The translations under genes and the position numbers were made by a program. From positions 2,261,380 to 2,325,379 of the forward strand of contig OZ242375.1 of the NCBI GenBank assembly GCA_965209025.1: a stretch of 64,000 nt of DNA, written 5' to 3'. Below are positions 18,109 to 26,972 of this stretch, piece after piece. Each line of letters starts with the position of its first letter. Positions within the stretch are counted from its first letter, which is position 1. The DNA is from Acidimicrobiia bacterium (GTDB lineage: Bacteria > Actinomycetota > Acidimicrobiia > Spongiisociales > ZC4RG35). The notes under the pieces are model-generated. The model saw only the letters and a program-made list of their open reading frames with translations, was not told where the DNA came from and made no database searches.

Positions 18109-18960
18109 ATGTCCCGCAGTATCAGAACCCAAGCCCGCACACCCGCCGCACTCGGAGAACCCGGGTCCTCCGAGAGTGCCCGCTTCGTTGGTAAGAATGT
18201 CTTCATCACCGGGGCGGGGAGTGGCTTCGGACGCCGGACGGCCGAGCGTTTCGCTGCGGAGGGGGCTGCCAACCTGTACCTGGTGGACCGACGGCCCGAA
18301 CGCCTGGAGGCGGTGACGCCCGTGGTGGCGGAACTGGGGGCCAACCCGGTCCCCATCTGCGTTGACCTGGGCGAGACGGAGGCCTGTGAGTCGGCGATCG
18401 AACAGGCGCTGGCGGTGGACCGGCGGCTTGACGTGCTGGTCTCCAACGCGGCGGCCTGGGTGCAGGTTCCCTTTATAGAGATGAGCAGTGATGACTGGCG
18501 CCGGGTGATGTCGGTCAACCTGGACGCCTACTTCACGCTGTCGCAGCGGGCGGCGCAGGCGATGAAGGAGACCGGCGGAGGGGTGATCCTCCTCACCTCA
18601 TCCATCAGCGCCCTCGGGCACGGGCGAAACTTCACCGCCTACTGCGTGGCCAAGGCGGCAATCGTCTCGCTGGCCAAGGCGATCGCGGTGGAACTGGCCC
18701 CTTGGAACATCCGCGCCAACTGCGTCAGCCCCGGGCCGGCCGACACCCAACAGTCGGTGGACATCGCCGGCGAGGAGTTGATGGACAAATGGCGGGCCGA
18801 AGGGTTCCCGGTGGTGCCGATGAACCGCCTGGCCGGCACCGACGACATAGCCTCGGCGTTTCTGTACCTGGCCTCCGACGACGCCCGCTATGTGAGCGGG
18901 ATCAACCTGGTGGTGGACGGCGCCTACACCGCCCAGGTATACGACCTCCCCAAGAGTTAG
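18109..18960 (+). CDS. SDR family oxidoreductase
   Basis: TGAGSGFG glycine motif, NAA, and catalytic Y-x3-K (YCVAKAA). The ATG at 18109 lies just after the upstream stop. Confidence 0.85.
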   Translation: MSRSIRTQARTPAALGEPGSSESARFVGKNVFITGAGSGFGRRTAERFAAEGAANLYLVDRRPERLEAVTPVVAELGANPVPICVDLGETEACESAIEQALAVDRRLDVLVSNAAAWVQVPFIEMSSDDWRRVMSVNLDAYFTLSQRAAQAMKETGGGVILLTSSISALGHGRNFTAYCVAKAAIVSLAKAIAVELAPWNIRANCVSPGPADTQQSVDIAGEELMDKWRAEGFPVVPMNRLAGTDDIASAFLYLASDDARYVSGINLVVDGAYTAQVYDLPKS

Positions 18961-18964
18961 GAGG

Positions 18965-20131
18965 TCAACCGGCCATCAGCACGGCGGTCTCGGCGATGAT
19001 CTCGGCGGCTAGGGCGGTGTCCTCGATCTCCACCCACTCCTCGTCGGAGTGGGCCTGATCGATCGAGCCCGGACCGAAGATCACCGAAGGGATGCCGTGG
19101 GGGGCGAACCAGGCGCCATCCGTTCCATAGGGGACCCCGATCGGTTGCCCCGGGTCACCGAGGATCGATCGGCGGGCTGTTTGAAGGACCTTCACCAAGG
19201 GGTGGTCGATGGGGGTGTCCAAGGGTCCCATGTCCAGGGTCGTCTTGTGCAGGCGTGTCTCGATTCCTTCTTCCGCCAGACCGGCCAGCATTTCTGAAAT
19301 GTCAGCCAGAATCTCCCTGGAGTCTTCCCCGGGATTGACGCGACGGTCCAAGCTGATCACGCACTGGGCGGGGACGATATTGAACGCCGTACCTCCCCGG
19401 ATCAGCGAGGTGTTGATGGTCGGGCTTCCCACCAGCGGGTGGCTGATCTCTTCCAAGGTAGGGATGTATTGGTTCTCCAGGGCATCGAGCACCCGTGTCA
19501 TCTTGTGGATGGCGTTCACCCCCAGATGGGGCTTGGAGGAATGGGATGGGGAGCCAATCGTCTCGATTTCGAAGCGCAGCACCCCCTTGTGGGCGGTGGC
19601 CAATTCCAGTCCGGTCGGTTCCCCCACAATGGCCATGTCGATGTCGGACCGTTCCCTGCACAGGGCCATTGCCCCCATGCCGGACACCTCTTCGTCTATC
19701 CCTCCCACGAACAGGATGGAGCAGCGCTCGCTTGGATCGAGGCCCGACGCCATGTGCAAAGCCTCCACCATGGCGACCAGGGAGCCCTTGGTGTCGCAGG
19801 CTCCCCGCCCATGCACCCGCGTCCCTTCCACCACAGCCTCGGGCCAAGCCTTCCCCGATGGCGTGACGGTGTCAAGATGGGCCTGCCACATCAACAGAGG
19901 CCTCCCCTCGGAGCCGTCCAGGCTGGCGAGTATGTTGTCCCGCCCACCCGGAGCCACCTGCTGACGACGAGGACTCATCCCGGCCGCCTCCAAGTAGTCG
20001 AAGAGGGCGGTGGCCAACTCCGCCTCGCCCGGCCCTCCGTCCAGGGCGGGGTTCACCGAATGGATGCTCACGAACCGTTCCAGGAGGGAGCGGATGCGGG
20101 ACCGGTCGGCGGCGCCTCGGAATCTCGACAT
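18965..20131 (-). CDS. M20 family metallopeptidase (ArgE/DapE/acetylornithine deacetylase-like)
   Basis: Blocks HLDTV, GRGACDTKG and GGIDEEVSG, plus a dimerisation-domain region. The start is taken at MSRFRGAADR (20131), because the longer ORF overlaps the divergent promoter. Confidence 0.8.
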   Translation of the reverse strand: MSRFRGAADRSRIRSLLERFVSIHSVNPALDGGPGEAELATALFDYLEAAGMSPRRQQVAPGGRDNILASLDGSEGRPLLMWQAHLDTVTPSGKAWPEAVVEGTRVHGRGACDTKGSLVAMVEALHMASGLDPSERCSILFVGGIDEEVSGMGAMALCRERSDIDMAIVGEPTGLELATAHKGVLRFEIETIGSPSHSSKPHLGVNAIHKMTRVLDALENQYIPTLEEISHPLVGSPTINTSLIRGGTAFNIVPAQCVISLDRRVNPGEDSREILADISEMLAGLAEEGIETRLHKTTLDMGPLDTPIDHPLVKVLQTARRSILGDPGQPIGVPYGTDGAWFAPHGIPSVIFGPGSIDQAHSDEEWVEIEDTALAAEIIAETAVLMAG

Positions 20132-20210
20132 GGCCAGGATGCTACCCGCCGGGCGAGGGCCGAATCCAGGGCATATCTCATTTCTCCGCCGCAAGGGTAA
20201 TTTTCGGGGT

Positions 20211-20909
20211 ATGAGACTTCTGGTTGTGGAGGACGAGGCCGACCTGGCCAACGCCATCGTTCGGGGACTGCGGCGCAGCCGCTACGCGGTGGATGTGGCC
20301 TACACCCTGGAAGAGGCTTCCCTCCGGTTGGTCTCCGCGGGGTATGACCTGGTGATTCTCGACTGGAACATGCCGGATGGCCAGGGAGTGGACCTCTGTC
20401 GAAGCCTGGTTGACGGATCACTCATCACCTTCGAGAGGCGGCCCCCCCGGGTGTTGATGCTCACCGCCCGCGATGCGGTGGAGGACCGGGTTGGAGGCCT
20501 CGACGCCGGAGCGGATGACTACCTGGTGAAGCCGTTTGCCTTTGCTGAACTTCAAGCCCGAGTCCGGGCGGTCCTGCGTCGAGAAGAGGACACGAGCCCG
20601 GTGTTGGAGGTGGGGGATCTGCGACTGGACACCGCCCGCTTCGAGGCTTCCCGGGGCGGCCGGGCCCTTCGGTTGACAGCCAAGGAGTTCTCCCTGCTGG
20701 AGTACCTCATGACCCGGGCAGGTCAGGTGCTCTCCCAGGAGACGCTATTGGAGCATGTGTGGGACGAGGCCGCCGACCCCTTCACCAACACCGTGCGGAT
20801 GACCCTCTCGAACCTGCGCAAGAAGCTGGGGGATCCGCCGGTTATCAACACCGTTCCGGGGAGGGGATACGCGCTGGTGGAAGACGATCATCCCGTGCGG
20901 ACCTCATGA
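20211..20909 (+). CDS. OmpR-family response regulator
   Basis: MRLLVVEDEADLA..., receiver Asp in ILDWNMPDG, and a C-terminal winged-helix region (LTAKEFSLLEYLM, VPGRGYAL). Confidence 0.9.
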   Translation: MRLLVVEDEADLANAIVRGLRRSRYAVDVAYTLEEASLRLVSAGYDLVILDWNMPDGQGVDLCRSLVDGSLITFERRPPRVLMLTARDAVEDRVGGLDAGADDYLVKPFAFAELQARVRAVLRREEDTSPVLEVGDLRLDTARFEASRGGRALRLTAKEFSLLEYLMTRAGQVLSQETLLEHVWDEAADPFTNTVRMTLSNLRKKLGDPPVINTVPGRGYALVEDDHPVRTS

Positions 20910-22075
20910 GGCTGCCTTCGGTCTTCCACTCCATCCGTTTCCGGCTCTCGGTGCTCTCCTCGGTGGTCGTGTTCGCACTGGGTTCGGCCGCGGTGACAAC
21001 CATCTTCTTCGTGATCCGCCACGGCCTTCGAAACGAGCGAGTGATGGGCCTGGTGCTGAGGCCGGGGGAGACGGTTATCAGGGGAGGAGTGCGCTTCATC
21101 ATCCCCCAGTTGGAGATGAGGCAGTTCCAGACGGTGGAGACCGTGCTCCGGGAGCGGATCCTCGAGGACATCACCGGCCCCATTCTCTGGGGGCTGTTCT
21201 GGATGTTCCTGCTCAGCCTGGTGATGGGTTGGTTTCTCGCCGGACGGAGCCTCCGTCCCATAAACAGGATCAGGGAAGTGGCCGAGAACATACAGGCCCA
21301 GGACCTGACCCGGCGGATCAACCTCTCGGGACCCGACGACGAGCTGACCCGGCTGGCCGGTACCTTCGACGCCATGCTTGACCGCCTCAGCGGGTCGTTC
21401 CGACTGCAGCAGCAGTTCCTGGCCTCCACCTCCCACGATCTTCGCAATCCCCTGGCGGTGATCCGGTCGAACCTGGAGGTGAGCCTGGCCGACTCGGACG
21501 CCACGGTGGACGATTGGAGGGAGACGGGGGAAGTGGTATCCCGCGCCGCTCGGAGAATGTCGGAGATGATCGACCGCCTGCTCGAGGCGGCCCGGTTGGA
21601 AGTGGGCTTCGCCAAGATCTCCGAGGTGGACCTGGCCGATCTCCTGGTCTCCACCGCCGAGGCGACGGAGCCCCTGGCCGAGGAGGAAGAGGTGCGGGTG
21701 GTGGTTGACACCCGACCCACGCCCGTGTCGGGGGACGGGCTTGCCCTGGTCCGCATATTGGAGAACCTCCTCGACAACGCCATCGCGGCCTCCCCGCCGG
21801 GGAGCCTTCTCGAACTCAGCTGTGGTGAGAGGGAAGGCTGGGCGTGGATGACGGTGGCGGACCGGGGTCCGGGTCTCGATCCGGCTTTGCTGTCCGGTGA
21901 TTCCCCTCCGGGAGGGGGGCTGGGACTGGCCATAGCCCGGCACTTGGCGGAGTTGCACGGAGGCACCCTGGTTGCATTCGGCAGGGAGGAAGGGGGAACG
22001 GTGATAGTGGTGTGGATCCCCTCACGCCAGGTTCTGACGGGTGCGGCGCATCCCGACATCAATCCCCTGGATTGA
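20906..22075 (+). CDS. Sensor histidine kinase (HAMP + HisKA + HATPase)
   Basis: The ATG at 20906 overlaps the regulator stop (ATGA). There are two TM segments. The H-box is STSHDLRNPL, the N-box LLDNAI and the G-box DRGPGL...GGLGLAI. Confidence 0.9.
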   Translation: MRLPSVFHSIRFRLSVLSSVVVFALGSAAVTTIFFVIRHGLRNERVMGLVLRPGETVIRGGVRFIIPQLEMRQFQTVETVLRERILEDITGPILWGLFWMFLLSLVMGWFLAGRSLRPINRIREVAENIQAQDLTRRINLSGPDDELTRLAGTFDAMLDRLSGSFRLQQQFLASTSHDLRNPLAVIRSNLEVSLADSDATVDDWRETGEVVSRAARRMSEMIDRLLEAARLEVGFAKISEVDLADLLVSTAEATEPLAEEEEVRVVVDTRPTPVSGDGLALVRILENLLDNAIAASPPGSLLELSCGEREGWAWMTVADRGPGLDPALLSGDSPPGGGLGLAIARHLAELHGGTLVAFGREEGGTVIVVWIPSRQVLTGAAHPDINPLD

Positions 22076-22133
22076 GTGGGTCTGGGCGCCTTTATGACGG
22101 TTTTACCATAGACTCGGCTATAACCAGCTTGTA

Positions 22134-23663
22134 GTGACGGAAAACCTGCCCCCCGATCCCTCCCCCCGGGAAGAGCCCCTCCGACCGGGGGAGGACTCCC
22201 CCCGAGCGCCTCTCAGCTGTTCGGACGAGGATGCTCGCCCGACGGAGGAGGGCGATCGGCCGGAACAGGTCGGTGTCTCCACCGAGGACATGGCGGACCG
22301 CCAGGGCCCCGCAGACGACCCTTCCGAGATCCGGAGCGGTGGCGGCCCGGTCGAATCTCTGGTCTCCGAACGGTCCCGCCCTTCTTTGAGGGGGAGCGGC
22401 CCCCGGGGGATGGGATGGAAGATGATGGCAGTGGCCGGGACAGTTCTGCTGCTGGCGGGATTCGCGGCCGGCCTTCTCCTTCCCGGTCCGGTGGCCGAGG
22501 ACCAGGTCTCCGACCAGGTAACGGTCGCAACCACTCCTGATACCGTTCCGGCCACCACCGCGGCGCCCACCACCGCGGCGCCTACCACCGCGCTACCTGC
22601 CACCACCGCGGCGCCCACCACCACTGTTGAGACACAGCCGGTTGCGGAGGTGGTGCCTCCGCCCGACCTGGTGGTCACCGACGAACCGGTGGCGGATGTG
22701 GCCGACCGGCTGGTTCCCTCCGTCGTCCACCTTGAGATCACCAGTGACAACATCTTCGAGCAGGGCGCCGGCAGCGGCGTGATTTTCGACAGCCAGGGAT
22801 ATATCTTCACGGCCGCCCACGTGGTGGAGACCGTCGTGGCCGGAGAGGCGGAGTTGACTGTCCGGCTCTCCAACGGCGACCGTATGCCCGGCGAGGTGGT
22901 GGGAACCGACCCTGACAGCGACGTCGCGGTGGTGAAGGTAGGGAGGTCCGGTTTGACGCCGGCCGAACTGGCCCTGGGACAGCGGTTGCGGGTCGGACAG
23001 ATAGTGGTGGCTGTGGGGAGTCCCTGGGGTCTGGTGTCGTCGGTGACAGGTGGAGTGATCAGCGCCACCGATCGGATATTGGACGGAAAGCTCCTGATTC
23101 AGAGTGACGCAGTGCTGTATCCGGGCAACTCGGGTGGAGCGCTGGCGGATCGGTACGGCCGGCTGATCGGCATAAACGTCTCGATCTTCACCGACTCCAC
23201 CTCCTTGGAGCCGGTGGAATTCCAGGGGGTGGGGTTCGCAGTCCCCATCGACGTGGCGTATCGGGTGGCGGAGGCTCTCATAGCGGGAGAGCCTGTCCAC
23301 ACCACCTTCCTGGGAGTCAGCGGTCGGGACTCCCAGGGAGATGCGGGGGTGGAGATCATGGAGGTCTTTCCCGGTTCCGGCGCGGAGACGGCAGGGTTGA
23401 TGGTCGGGGATGTGATCGTGGCGGTGGACGACCGTCCGGTGACGGGGATAAGCGACTTGGCGGCGCGTATCCGCCATCGCGTGCCTGGTGATCGTCTGGT
23501 TCTGAGCGTTCTCCGGGGAGAGGAGGAGATCATGCTGACAGCCACCCTTCTCCCCAGGAGCGAGGTGATGGGAGACCTTGAGGAGCCTGAACTGTCGTCA
23601 CCCGAAGAGGAGGAGGACGAGGATCCGTCGGCGCCGGAAGATGGGGGAGACGACACTCCCTGA
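22134..23663 (+). CDS. htrA: HtrA/DegP-family trypsin-like serine protease with PDZ domain
   Basis: Catalytic blocks TAAHVV, DVAVVKV and GNSGGAL, and a PDZ region (GLMVGDVIVAVDDRPV). There is an N-terminal acidic/Pro-rich extension, a TM segment (MMAVAGTVLLLAGFAAGLLL), then a Thr/Ala/Pro linker. An internal start near MGWKMM cannot be excluded. Confidence 0.85.
   Translation: MTENLPPDPSPREEPLRPGEDSPRAPLSCSDEDARPTEEGDRPEQVGVSTEDMADRQGPADDPSEIRSGGGPVESLVSERSRPSLRGSGPRGMGWKMMAVAGTVLLLAGFAAGLLLPGPVAEDQVSDQVTVATTPDTVPATTAAPTTAAPTTALPATTAAPTTTVETQPVAEVVPPPDLVVTDEPVADVADRLVPSVVHLEITSDNIFEQGAGSGVIFDSQGYIFTAAHVVETVVAGEAELTVRLSNGDRMPGEVVGTDPDSDVAVVKVGRSGLTPAELALGQRLRVGQIVVAVGSPWGLVSSVTGGVISATDRILDGKLLIQSDAVLYPGNSGGALADRYGRLIGINVSIFTDSTSLEPVEFQGVGFAVPIDVAYRVAEALIAGEPVHTTFLGVSGRDSQGDAGVEIMEVFPGSGAETAGLMVGDVIVAVDDRPVTGISDLAARIRHRVPGDRLVLSVLRGEEEIMLTATLLPRSEVMGDLEEPELSSPEEEEDEDPSAPEDGGDDTP
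22524..22634 (+). repeat. Thr/Ala/Pro linker coding repeat (15-nt ACCACCGCGGCGCCC units)
   Basis: Encodes VATTPDTVPATTAAPTTAAPTTALPATTAAPTTT. Near-perfect 15-nt units are visible in the DNA. Confidence 0.8.
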
Positions 23664-23727
23664 GAAGGGGGACGGTCGGTAACCGCTCCGGAGGGTTGAA
23701 TCTTCGCAAGGGTCCGGGGATCGTTCT

Positions 23728-23880
23728 CTCCAGGTAGCAGACGATGGTATAGTTGTCGGCGATCGCTGATCGACAACGGCGGTCTTTCCCAGGGATTGCA
23801 GCGAAGTCCGGTTGAAGTCCGGCGCTGTCCCGCAACTGTCAAGCCCTTCAAAAGGGACGAGCCAGGACGCCTGGTCCCGG
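23728..23880 (+). promoter_or_regulatory. Cobalamin (B12) riboswitch aptamer, compact form
   Basis: The core CCGGTTGAAGTCCGGCGCTGTCCCGCAACTGT (23808..23839) matches the conserved B12-box region. The conserved 3' element GAGCCAGGACGCCTGG lies at 23859..23874. Only a short hairpin (CCCTTCAAAAGGG) sits where many cobalamin riboswitches carry a large peripheral extension. The element lies upstream of btuF-like transport genes. The boundaries are approximate. Confidence 0.8.
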
Positions 23881-23897
23881 GATGACGGATGAACCTC

Positions 23898-23970
23898 GGA
23901 TGAAGGTGTAGTTCGTCGGCGGATTGTCCCGTCTGACACTCTCCCTTCATCCTCCTCTCAAAGGAGGATG
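23898..23970 (+). promoter_or_regulatory. Riboswitch expression platform: SD/start-codon sequestor hairpin with a competing anti-sequestor
   Basis: CATCCTCCT (23948..23956) pairs with AGGAGGATG (23962..23970). This buries the SD AGGAGG and the first ATG. GGATGAAGG (23898..23906) is complementary to CCTTCATCC (23944..23952), which overlaps the sequestor arm, so the two helices are mutually exclusive. Confidence 0.6.
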
Positions 23971-25071
23971 TTTATGTATGTGAACACCCGGCGTACGGGT
24001 GGAATGTGGTTGCTTGTTCTGGCATTGACGGCTCTCGTATTGGGAGCCTGCGCCGCCGAAGACCCTGCCGATTCCGGCGCCACCCCCGCTCCTACCACCG
24101 TGACCACGGCGGTCCCGGCCACCACGGCGGCGCCCACCACCACGACTGCGGCGCCCACCACCACGACTGCGGCGCCGACAACCACCACGGAGTCCCCGAC
24201 GACCACCACGGAGCCTCCGACCACGACTACCACGACGGAGGCGCCGCCCGCCTTTCCTGTGGAGGTGCGAGACTCGGAGGGTACGGTGACGGTCTTCTCC
24301 CGGCCCGAGCGTATCGTCTCCCTCTCGGGGTCCACCACGGAAATGCTGTTCGCCATCGGGGCCGGTTCGCAGGTGGTGGCGGTGGACAGTTACTCCTATT
24401 ACCCGCCGGAGGCTCCGGTGACCGACCTGTCCTCTTTCAGCCCCAACATCGAAGCGATCGCTTCTTTCGACCCCGACTTGGTCGTCGTCTTCTATGACCC
24501 CGGCGACCTCCTGGCGTCGCTGCAAGCGTTGGAAATACCGACGTTGATGATGCGCTCGGCCAATTCTCTCGACGATGTCTGGCACCAGATCGAACAACTC
24601 GGCATTGCGACCGGGCATCGGATGGAGGCGGCGGGACTTGTCTCTTCCATGCAGCAGCGGATCGAGGAGATACTGGCCGGGGTTCCCGAGGTCTCCTTCA
24701 CTTACTATTACGAACTGGATCAGAACCTCTACTCTGCCACTTCCGCCACTTTTATCGGACAGGTCCTGGGCCTGCTCGGCTTGGAGAACATCGCGGACGC
24801 GGCAGATGAGCAGGGGTATGGGTATCCGCAACTCTCGCCTGAGTACATAATCGACGTCGACCCCGATCTGATCTTCCTGGCGGACACGCTGTGTTGCGGT
24901 CAGAATCTGGAGACTGTGGCCGAGCGCCCCGGCTGGGCTGCGCTCTCCGCGGTCGCCAATGAGGCGGTAGTGGAACTGAACGACGACATAGCCTCCCGGT
25001 GGGGTCCCCGAATCGTGGACCTGCTGGAGGTGGCGGCCTCCGCCGTGACTGAGATGGCAGCCGGGGGTTGA
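23968..25071 (+). CDS. btuF: Cobalamin/siderophore-type ABC substrate-binding lipoprotein (BtuF-like, periplasmic binding protein family 8)
   Basis: Lipobox LVLGACAA, a long Thr/Ala/Pro linker, and a Peripla_BP_2-like body (RIVSLSGSTTEMLFAIGAG, DPDLVVVFY). It sits downstream of a B12 riboswitch. Given the SD at 23962..23967, the true start is more likely the ATG at 23974 or the GTG at 23980. Confidence 0.8.
   Translation: MFMYVNTRRTGGMWLLVLALTALVLGACAAEDPADSGATPAPTTVTTAVPATTAAPTTTTAAPTTTTAAPTTTTESPTTTTEPPTTTTTTEAPPAFPVEVRDSEGTVTVFSRPERIVSLSGSTTEMLFAIGAGSQVVAVDSYSYYPPEAPVTDLSSFSPNIEAIASFDPDLVVVFYDPGDLLASLQALEIPTLMMRSANSLDDVWHQIEQLGIATGHRMEAAGLVSSMQQRIEEILAGVPEVSFTYYYELDQNLYSATSATFIGQVLGLLGLENIADAADEQGYGYPQLSPEYIIDVDPDLIFLADTLCCGQNLETVAERPGWAALSAVANEAVVELNDDIASRWGPRIVDLLEVAASAVTEMAAGG
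24079..24249 (+). repeat. Thr/Ala/Pro linker with 21-nt tandem repeats
   Basis: GCGGCGCCCACCACCACGACT occurs twice perfectly (24127..24168), followed by degenerate copies. The region encodes TTAAPTTTTAAPTTTTAAPTTTTESPTTTTEPPTTTTTT. Confidence 0.85.
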
Positions 25072-26129
25072 GTGCTGTGACGCCGCTGCCGGCTCTGGTG
25101 CAACCTTCCCGGGTTGGGCCCGGGAGAATGGTGCTGGCGGTGGCGCTGGGGATCGCGGTGCTGGGGGTGGCCTTGTTGGTGGGTCCGGCAGGATTGGACA
25201 TGGGAGGTGTGGTGGCCGCCCTGGCGGATCGAGTTCCGTTCCTGCAAGTGGAAAGTTCCCTGACGGACCGGGAATTGACCATCCTTTGGGAGATTCGTCT
25301 GCCCAGGGCTGTGATGGGGGCCCTGGTCGGAGCCACCTTGGCCTCTGCCGGGGCGGCATACCAGGGCGTCTTTCGCAATCCTCTCGCCGATCCCTACCTC
25401 TTGGGTGTGGCGGCCGGCGCCGGACTGGGCGCCACCGTGGCAATCCTGCTGCGGGCCAAGGGGTTCCCTTCCATGCCCCTGGCCCCGCTTGCCTTTGTCG
25501 GCGCCGTTCTCGGGGTTGCCCTTTCCTACGGACTGTCGCGGACCAGGGGCAGGGGGAAGCGGTCGGCAACCACCCTGGTGCTGGCGGGGGTGGCGGTAGC
25601 GTCCTTTCTGACCGCGGTGCAGACCTTTTTGCAACTTACCAACGTGACCACCCTCCGAGAGGTCTACAGCTGGATACTCGGCCGTCTCGTCACCGTGGGA
25701 TGGGGCGACCTTTACGCCGTACTGCCCTACATGGTGGTCAGTTGGGTGGTGTTGCTGGTCTTTCGGAGAGCGCTGGATGTGATGGCCGTGGGGGACGATG
25801 AGGCGGCCACATTGGGCCTGTCTCCCCGGGCGGTGAGGTTGATCGTGGTTGGAGCCGCCACCTTGGGCGCGGCGGCCGCAGTGTCGGCCAGCGGGCTGAT
25901 CGCCTTCGTAGGGATCATCGTTCCTCACACCGTCCGGCTTCTGGCCGGATGGAGCTACAGGGTCATCATTCCCCTCTCGCTCCTGTTGGGAGGCGCGTTT
26001 CTCACTGCCGCCGACCTGGTGGCGCGAACCGTGGTGTCCCCTGCGGAACTGCCCATCGGGGTGGTCACCGCCTTCTTGGGCGGTCCCTTCTTTCTGATGG
26101 TGCTGCGCACGTCCGGAGACCTGGAATGA
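25068..26129 (+). CDS. btuC: FecCD/BtuC-family ABC permease
   Basis: 353 aa with about 10 TM helices. Typical blocks are LRLPRAVMGALVGATLASAGAAYQGVFRNPLADPYLLGV and PIGVVTAFLGGPFFL. It overlaps the btuF-like stop. Confidence 0.85.
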   Translation: MSAVTPLPALVQPSRVGPGRMVLAVALGIAVLGVALLVGPAGLDMGGVVAALADRVPFLQVESSLTDRELTILWEIRLPRAVMGALVGATLASAGAAYQGVFRNPLADPYLLGVAAGAGLGATVAILLRAKGFPSMPLAPLAFVGAVLGVALSYGLSRTRGRGKRSATTLVLAGVAVASFLTAVQTFLQLTNVTTLREVYSWILGRLVTVGWGDLYAVLPYMVVSWVVLLVFRRALDVMAVGDDEAATLGLSPRAVRLIVVGAATLGAAAAVSASGLIAFVGIIVPHTVRLLAGWSYRVIIPLSLLLGGAFLTAADLVARTVVSPAELPIGVVTAFLGGPFFLMVLRTSGDLE

Positions 26130-26950
26130 CCGGTTTGCAACTAACGGATGTCTCTGTGATCCTGGGCGAAGCCCGGGTGGTTGACGGGGTCAGCCTGCGG
26201 GTGGAGGAAGGGGAGTGGTTGGGCTTGATCGGCCCCAACGGGGCGGGCAAGACCACGTTGTTGCGGGCCATTTCCGGCGCCGCTGCAACCGAGACGGGCG
26301 AGGTCTGTTACCGCGCCAGGAACCTCTCGCAACTGGGCGTCCGCCAGCGAGCCCGGTTGATGGCGGTCGTCCCCCAGCATCCGGTGGTCCCCTGGGGGAT
26401 GGCCGTGGCCGACTACGTGTTGCTGGGCCGCACCGCCCATATGGGTTGGCTCAGCCGGGAAACGAGCCACGACCTGGATGTCGCACGGGAGGCGGTCAAG
26501 GACCTGGGACTGGGGGATCTGTCGGACCGCCGCCTGGACGAACTGTCGGGCGGCGAGTTGCAGAGAGCGGTACTCGCCCGCGCTCTTACCCAAGCGGCTC
26601 CCCTGCTCATCCTGGATGAGCCCACGTCGTCGCTCGACGTCGGCCATGGACAGCAGATGATGGAGATGGTCGACCGTCTGCGTCGTGAGCAGGGCCTTAC
26701 AGTGATCAGCGCCATCCACGACCTGACGCTGGCCGCTCAGTTCTGTGACCGGTTGGTGATGATGGCGGGGGGGAAGGCCATTTTGGAAGGCCCGCCGCGC
26801 GCCGTGATAACCGAACGGTCCCTGCGTGACCACTACGGCGCCTCGGTCCGGGTGCTCACCGGCCCCGACTTCGGCGTGGTGGTGATACCGCTCCGCTCAG
26901 ACAACGGATCGGGCGAACAGCCCGTTTCCCTGGATGTTGAAACCCTTTAG
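26126..26950 (+). CDS. btuD: ABC ATP-binding protein (BtuD/FepC-like)
   Basis: The ATG at 26126 overlaps the permease TGA. Walker A GPNGAGKTT, signature LSGGELQR, Walker B LILDEPTSSLD. Confidence 0.9.
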   Translation: MTGLQLTDVSVILGEARVVDGVSLRVEEGEWLGLIGPNGAGKTTLLRAISGAAATETGEVCYRARNLSQLGVRQRARLMAVVPQHPVVPWGMAVADYVLLGRTAHMGWLSRETSHDLDVAREAVKDLGLGDLSDRRLDELSGGELQRAVLARALTQAAPLLILDEPTSSLDVGHGQQMMEMVDRLRREQGLTVISAIHDLTLAAQFCDRLVMMAGGKAILEGPPRAVITERSLRDHYGASVRVLTGPDFGVVVIPLRSDNGSGEQPVSLDVETL

Positions 26951-26972
26951 GATTGGATCAAAGGAGATCTCG

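Noticed and set aside
20845-22062. 405-aa and 356-aa minus-strand ORFs
   Set aside because: They are antisense to the histidine kinase gene. They are Ser/Arg/Pro-rich with low complexity and have no motifs.
23947-25569. 540-aa ORF on the minus strand, the longest alternative ORF in this region
   Set aside because: It is antisense to the btuF-like and btuC-like genes. Its composition is dominated by Arg, Gly and Pro with long RRGG runs. This is typical of shadow frames in GC-rich DNA, and there are no recognisable motifs.
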